DNA from: Candidatus Eiseniibacteriota bacterium
GTDB taxonomy: Bacteria; Eisenbacteria; RBG-16-71-46; JABDJR01
DNA: 64,000 nt
Assembly (NCBI GenBank): GCA_963762255.1
Contig: CAVXKA010000001.1
Coordinates: 1,248,001-1,312,000, forward strand
Reading direction: 5' to 3'
This document shows, one piece after another, positions 58,120 through 64,000 of the stretch (the stretch's first letter is position 1; the number at the start of each line of letters is the position of its first letter). The notes under the pieces were generated by a model that was not told the origin of the DNA, searched no databases, and saw only the letters and a list, made by a program, of their open reading frames with translations. Position numbers and translations under genes: made by a program.

Positions 58120-58724
58120 TGTCGTACGTCAGTGCGATCGCATTCCCCGAGGCGAGCGGTCCCATCGTCGTCTCCGTTCTTGCCGGCGTGGCGCTCGCTG
58201 CCGCCGCCGGACTGCGCGCGTTTCTCCCGCTGCTGGTGGTGGGGTTGGCCTCCCGTTGGGGCTGGATCCACCTGAGCCCGGATTTCGCGTTCCTATCCAG
58301 CGGCGTTGCCCTGGGAGCTCTCGGCGTGGCCACCCTGGTCGAGCTCTTCGCCGACAAGATCCCTCTCGTCGATCATGTCCTCGACGTCGGGTCGACCTTC
58401 GTCCGCCCGGCGGCGGGGTTCGTGGCTGCCGCTGCGGTCATGGCCGATCTGCCCGGACCGGTCTCGATCGCGCTCGCGCTCTTCTTCTCGATGCTCTCGC
58501 TCGGCACCCACCTGGGCCGAGCCAAGGCGCGGGTCGGCTCCACCGTCACCACCGCGGGGTGCGCCAACCCGTTCCTCTCTGTGTTCGAGGACTTCGTGGC
58601 CGGCGCTCTGTCCCTTCTCGCCGTGCTCGCGCCGATCGTGGCGGTGGCGCTGGTCATTCTTGTGATCGTTCTCCTGGCGCGGTTGCTGCGGCGGCTAGGC
58701 CGTCGAACCCGCATGGCTCAGTGA
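58116..58724 (+). CDS. DUF4126 membrane protein
   Basis: LAAAAGLRAFLP, ELFADKIP.VDH.LD, ANPFLSVFED. Confidence 0.85.
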   Translation: MMSYVSAIAFPEASGPIVVSVLAGVALAAAAGLRAFLPLLVVGLASRWGWIHLSPDFAFLSSGVALGALGVATLVELFADKIPLVDHVLDVGSTFVRPAAGFVAAAAVMADLPGPVSIALALFFSMLSLGTHLGRAKARVGSTVTTAGCANPFLSVFEDFVAGALSLLAVLAPIVAVALVILVIVLLARLLRRLGRRTRMAQ

Positions 58725-59447
58725 GCGCCGGACTCGTGTCGATCCTCTCGGGTCAACGTGCCGAGGAAGGCTGCGAGGGCGTCCGCCGCCTCCTCCCAGA
58801 GATCGAAGTCCTTCATGGATGTGCCCGGAATGATGCGCTGCGGGTCGAGAAGGAGAGCCCGAACGTACTCGGGCCGCCTCCTGGTGCTGACTTCGTCGAG
58901 CGCGGGGCCGATCCGTCGTCCTTCGCCGCGCTAGCTCGTGGCATCCCAGGCATTGGTACTGCCGGAAGAGACGCCGTCCCTCGATTGCCAGCGAGTCCGC
59001 CGTCGCCCCCACCGTTGGCGGTGACCATCCAGGCACGAGCACCGAGTCGATCTGACCTGCCAGAAAGGCGGCGAGATCGACCGCGTCGTCCCGTGAAAGG
59101 GTGGCGCGAGGCATGCGCAGATCGGGCAAGGCCCCCTCGGTCCGGTAGCGAAGCGGATACGGATCGAGAAGGTACTCGACCGTCCACGCCGTGTTCGCGC
59201 GACTCCCGGCGAGCGAGAGCGGCGGGGGCACGTTGATGCCGCCCACCGCTCTCGGTTCCGAGTGACAGCGGATGCAGTCGAGCTTGCGAAAGAGACGCTC
59301 ACCCTTGCGCGGATCGCCCGGGATCCCGGGAGCCGGCGGCACCGACCGCATTCGGTCGGTGCTGGTGCCCCACGGCCCCGAGATCAGGGCGACGGCCACG
59401 ATCAGGGCGAGAACGGCTGGTGTCGCAACCCGCCCGAAACGGCTCAT
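58718..59447 (-). CDS. Diheme cytochrome c (frameshift near 58930)
   Basis: TM anchor, CIRCH and CLGCH. After the shift it reads IGPALD...LLDPQRIIPGTSM. Confidence 0.78.
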
Positions 59448-60060
59448 TCGTCGTGGTGGTCTTTCTCGGAACGCCTTACCGGTCTCGCTGTCGTGCTCTT
59501 CGTGCCCGCCCATCTTCTCGAGGTTCATGCCGCACTTGCCGCACTTCCCCGGATCCTCGCCCATCACGTCGGAATGCATGGGGCATGCATAGACCGTCGG
59601 TTCCGCGAGGGAGATGGCAGACTTGAACTCCACCGGCTTCTTGGCGAGACCTTCGACGGTGAAGGTCGCCTTCATGGCATTCTTGTCGGCCCCGGTGAAA
59701 TCGTGGGCGGCGACGAAGTAGCCCTGCGTGCGCCCGCGCGCGGCGTCAGGCTTCACGTAGGTCATCGGCATCGTCATGGACTTGCCGGTCTTTTCCTGCA
59801 AGGATCATCGATGCCTTCATGCCGTCGAGACTCGGGATCGGGATCTGCTTGCCGTCGTAGACGTAGAGTCGCGCCTCCTTCGGCGTGCACAGCAGCTCGA
59901 AGTGATGGGTAGGGGTCATCGTAACGGAGCCGCCGTGAAGCTCCGCCATCTCGTGGGAATGTCCCATTGCGGTTTCTTCCGCTACCGCCGGCCTCGCCGA
60001 GACCCCCAGTGCGATCATGCCGACCGCTGCGATGTTGAGTATCCAGGAGTTCGTCTTCAT
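59444..60060 (-). CDS. Periplasmic heavy-metal-binding-domain protein (frameshifts near 59800 and 59480)
   Basis: Signal peptide, HSHEMAELHGG, YACPMH...PGKCGKCGMNL (HMBD). His-rich end EKDHHDE* overlaps the next ATG. Confidence 0.78.
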
Positions 60061-60097
60061 GATTCTTTCTTCCTTTCGAGTTGAGTGAACCGAACGA

Positions 60098-60557
60098 TCA
60101 AAATGTCCACACCCTTCCCCAACCGAACACGACCCAGCCGCCGTAATGGCCGGCCAGCCCCGCGAGCGCCGCGGCGAGGTAGTAGAGGATCCGGTAGACC
60201 CGGAGTCGGCCCCGGACTGGCCCCGGGTTTCCGGTTACCCCTCCGGCGACCAACGCCGCCAGAGCCACCGTCCCGGTGGCAAGGCCAAGAATCCGATGAA
60301 CGCGGGCCACTTCAAGGGTTCGGCCCTGAAAGTCCGACGGATGAAACAGAAGGAGGCCGGAGAGCGCGGCGGCGACGGCGCCAAGCACTCCAAACAGCAA
60401 GCAAGACGCGCGCGGGCTCGGATCGAAGCGCGCCGCCGCGGGCGGTCTGCCACGCCTCGAGCGCGGCCCCGGTCAGGATAAGCGCGACCGGGAAGTGAAC
60501 CAGGGCGGGGTGGAAGTGGCCGACCATGTTCCGGATCGTGCTCAGAAGCTCTGTCAT
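60098..60557 (-). CDS. DUF2231-like membrane protein (frameshift near 60400)
   Basis: HPALVHFPVAL...H..LG...AGHYGG.VVFG. Confidence 0.75.
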
Positions 60558-60591
60558 GACCGACTTCCTCCCCGGTGCCCGTCTGCGCGCA

Positions 60592-63500
60592 TCATTCCGG
60601 AATCCCCTGCAGCTCCGTCCGCCGCTTCCACAGCTTGTAGATCGCGGGATAGACAAGCAACTCCAGCAGGAATGACGTCACGAGCCCGCCGAGCATCGGT
60701 GCGGCAATGCGCTTCATCACGTCCGCCCCGGCCGATGTGGACCACATGATCGGCAAGAGCCCCATGAACGCCGCCGCCACCGTCATCATCTTGGGTCGCG
60801 CGCGCTTCACCGCGCCGTGGATGATCGCCTCGTCCAGATCGCGCACCGTCTTCAGAAGGCCCGAGTCGCGGGCTCGGTTGTAGGAGAGGTCCAGGAAGAG
60901 GAGCATGAACACGCCGGTCTCGGCGTCCAGTCCCAGGAGCGCGATCATCCCCACCCACGCTGCGATGGACACGTTGTAGCCGAGAAGATGGAAGAGCCAG
61001 ATTGCCCCCACCGCCGAGAACGGTACCGCCAGCAGCACGACCATCGACTTGAACACGGACCGGGTATTGGCATAGAGAAGCAGGAAGATGAGGAACAGGA
61101 CGGCCGGGATCACGAACTTGAGCCGTTCCTTGACCCGCATCATGTTCTCGTACTGCCCGCTCCACTGGATCACGTATCCCGCCGGCGGATTCAGCTTCTC
61201 GCGTACGATCTTCTTGGCTTCTTCGACGTACCGTCCGACGTCGCGGCCGGCGATGTCGACGTAGACGTAGCCGGCGAGGAACCCGTCCTCGTCGCGGATC
61301 ATGGCCGGGCCGCTCACGAGTCGCACGTCGGCCAACTGGCCCAGCGGCACCTGCGCCCCGGAAGGGGTGGGAACGAGCACGCGCTGGATCCGGTCGACGT
61401 CGCCGCGGAGCTCGCGCGGGTAGCGCACGTTGATCGGGTACCGCTCGCGCCCCTCGATCGTGGTCGATACGTTTTCGCCCCCGATGGCGCTCATGATCAC
61501 CATCTGCACGTCGTCGATGGTGAGGCCATGGCGGGCGAGCTGGTCGCGGCGCGGATCGATGTCCACGAAGTAGCCGCCGGTGACGCGTTCGGCGAATACG
61601 CTCCGCGTGCCGGGGATGTCGCGCACCAGAGCCTCGATGCGCGCGCCCAGATCCTCGATCACCTTGAGGTCGGATCCGAAGATCTTGATGCCGACCGGAG
61701 TGCGCACTCCGGTGGTGAGCATGTCGATGCGGGCCTTGATCGGCATCGTCCAGGCGTTGGTAACCCCGGGAATTTGCAGTGCCCGGTCCATCTCCGCGAC
61801 AAGCTCATCCCATGAAATGCGATCGGACCAGATGGGGCGAACGAGCGGCTTCAGCCGCTCCGGCATCCACGAGGAGTACCAGCGGTGCTTGGGTCGCCAC
61901 TCACTCTGCGGCTTCAGCACCACCGTGGTCTCCATCATGGAGAGAGGAGCAGGGTCGGTGGATGTATCGGCCCGGCCGGCCTTGCCGAAGACACGCTCCA
62001 CCTCCGGGAACGACTTCAGCACCCGATCCTGGGTCTGCATGAGTTCCTGGGCCTGCGCCACCGAGATGCCGGGGAGCGTGGTCGGCATGTAGAGAATCGT
62101 GCCTTCGTTCAATGGCGGCATGAACTCGGAGCCCAGCTTGAAGTAGGCGGGAATACTCACCGCCACCAGCAGGAGCGCCGCAGCGATCACCGTGCGCGGG
62201 CGACGCAGCACGAAGCGGCAGGCCGGTTCGTATACCCGAAAGATCGCGCGGCTGATCGGGTGGCGCTCCTCGGCGTGGTAGGTGCCGACCAGCGCGCCGG
62301 TGGCGAGCCGGGCCAGGAAACGCGGGCTTGAACCGGAACGGATCCATCCGGGTGAACATCATCCGCAAGCGCCGGATCCAGCGTGATCGCCAGCACCGCG
62401 GCCAGCGCCATGGTGAGGTTCTTGGACCACGCCAGCGGCTTGAACAGCCGCCCTTCCTGGTCCACCAGCACAAAGATGGGGATGAATGCGACGGCGATGA
62501 CCAGGAGCGAGAAGAACACCGAGGGCCCGATCTCCTGCAACGCCTCCAGGCGGATCTTGTGGAAGTCCCCCTTGCGTCCCCCCGCCTGCCATTCGTGGAG
62601 CTTGTTGTAGGCGTTCTCCACTTCGACGATCGCGCCGTCCACCAGTACACCGACCGAGATCGCGATCCCGGCCAGCGACATGATGTTGACGGTGATCCCG
62701 AAGTAGTAGAGCGGAATGAACGTCAGGAGCACCGAGATCGGAATGGTGAGGATCGGCACCACCGCCGAAGGGATGTGCCAGAGGAAGAGCAGGATCACCA
62801 GCGAGACGATGAGCATCTCGATCAGGAGTTCGTGCTTGAGGGTATGAATCGCGTGCTCGATGAGATCGGCGCGGTCGTAGGTGGTGACCACCTTGACCCC
62901 CGCCGGCAGCGACGGCTCGACGTCGTGCAGCTTCTGCTTCACGCGCTCGATGACGTTGAGCGCGTTCTCCCCGTGGCGCATGACGACGATGCCGCCGACG
63001 TGATCGCCGAGGCCGTCCAGGTCGGACACGCCGCGGCGGATCTCGGGCCCCAGCTCCACCCGGGCCACGTCCCGGAGCAGGACCGGCACCCCGTTCGCGC
63101 CGGTCTTGAGCACGACCTTCTCCAGGTCGCCCGTCGATTTCGAGTATCCGTGAGCGCGCACCATGTACTCGGTGCCGCCCCACTCGATGAGCCGACCTCC
63201 GACCTCGTTGTTGGAGGCGCGAATCGCCGCGACCACGTCACCCAGGGCGATGTCGTAGGCGGCGAGCCGGTTGGGGTCGACCGTGACCTGATACTGGCGC
63301 TGGTAGCCGCCGATCGATGCGACCTCGGCTACTCCCGGCACCGACTGCACCGCGTAGCGCAGCGTCCAGTCCTGGTACGACCGCAGCTCGTCGAGCGAGT
63401 GCCGGCCGGAGGAGTCCACCAGCGCGTACTGGAAGACCCACCCGACCCCGGTAGCGTCGGGGCCCAGCTCCGTCGCCACCCCTTGAGGAAGGCGCGATTG

Positions 63501-63849
63501 GATTTTGGACAGGTACTCGAGTACCCGCGAGCGCGCCCAGTACAGGTCGGTGCCGTCCTCGAAGATCACGTACACGTAGGAGAAGCCGAAGTCGGAGAAG
63601 CCGCGGATGGCCTTGACCTTGGGCGCGCCGAGGAGCGCGGTGATGATCGGGTAGGTGACCTGGTCCTCGATGATGTCCGGCGAACGGTCCCAGCGCGAGT
63701 AGACGATGACTTGCGTGTCGGACAGATCGGGGAGCGCGTCCGAGACGAATCCGCTGCAAGGTGACGGCGGCGAACACGCACAGAGCGGCCATCACGAAGA
63801 GCACGAGCAATCGATTCTGAGCGGAGAACGCGATAATGCGGCGGATCAT
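60592..63849 (-). CDS. cusA: CusA/CzcA heavy-metal efflux RND permease (several frameshifts)
   Basis: MIRRII..S..NR, YWARSRVLEYL, GPDATGVGWV, LGSEFMPPLNEG, MPIKARIDML, GLDAETGV, MKRIAAPM, spread over ORFs 63238, 62187 and 60592. Confidence 0.9.
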
Positions 63850-64000
63850 TGTCCGGCCCCGGAATCCGGTTTGGTTCCGCCCATATCCATCCCCTGCATG
63901 GAGCCCGTCGCCGCGCCGCCGATCGCGCTCCTCAACCGCGACTCGGAGTCGAGGAGGAAGTTGGCACGCACGACCACCTGCTCGCCCTCGGCGACGCCGG
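63846..64000 (-). CDS. CusB-like RND periplasmic adaptor, 3' end
   Basis: Manual translation GVAEGEQVVVRANFLLDSESRL...MQGMDM*. The stop overlaps the cusA ATG. Confidence 0.85.
   Translation of the reverse strand, partial: GVAEGEQVVVRANFLLDSESRLRSAIGGAATGSMQGMDMGGTKPDSGAGQ

Noticed and set aside
57195-58724. Apparent EamA-DUF4126 fusion (509 aa)
   Set aside because: The middle section is out-of-frame nonsense. DUF4126 has its own start at 58116, overlapping the EamA stop.
58695-59801. Apparent HMBD-cytochrome c fusion protein
   Set aside because: An indel near 59480 joins two genes. The natural end EKDHHDE-TGA overlaps the cytochrome ATG at 59444-59447.
60592-63849. Programmed frameshifting or phase variation in cusA and neighbours
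   Set aside because: Too many shifts in unrelated genes and no consistent slippery sites; sequencing error is simpler.

Overview
High-GC bacterial chromosomal window. A C-terminal 'TWGxxKxxF' tail on one secreted protein, LpoB, SpoVG and selenoproteins suggest an Eisenbacteria/Krumholzibacteria/Latescibacteria-like lineage (inference only). Most genes are housekeeping, envelope, respiratory or signalling: hemerythrin (partial), hybrid kinases, qNor, cydAB, aroC, an ExeA-TolB-TPR-LpoB cluster and a Cus-type metal efflux cluster. Five things stand out. (1) An ~8 kb accessory region (4724-12970) interrupts a GT9 / NTP-transferase / TagF-like operon. It holds two extra diverged fragments of the TagF-like gene, sharing an 89-bp direct repeat, and a lower-GC three-gene unit: a secreted PepSY-like+TPR protein, a Cys-rich ORF and a TIR-TM protein whose extracellular domain resembles the secreted partner. 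This is a candidate Toll-like receptor/defence system. (2) Two selenoproteins (PrxU, SelW/Rdx) have in-frame UGA and SECIS-like hairpins and are broken in the ORF track. (3) A shared 16-bp LexA-like box overlaps the promoters of an ImuB-C-like/Pol Y pair, dnaE2 and a DUF222-type HNH gene. (4) ATCG-N8-CGAT palindromes link an ArsR regulator to cydAB. (5) An apparently catalytically dead tyrosine recombinase sits beside parA/spoVG. Many single-base frameshifts from ~54.9 kb to the end are most likely sequencing or assembly errors. No rRNA, tRNA or CRISPR array was seen. All family calls come from motif recognition by eye, not database searches.
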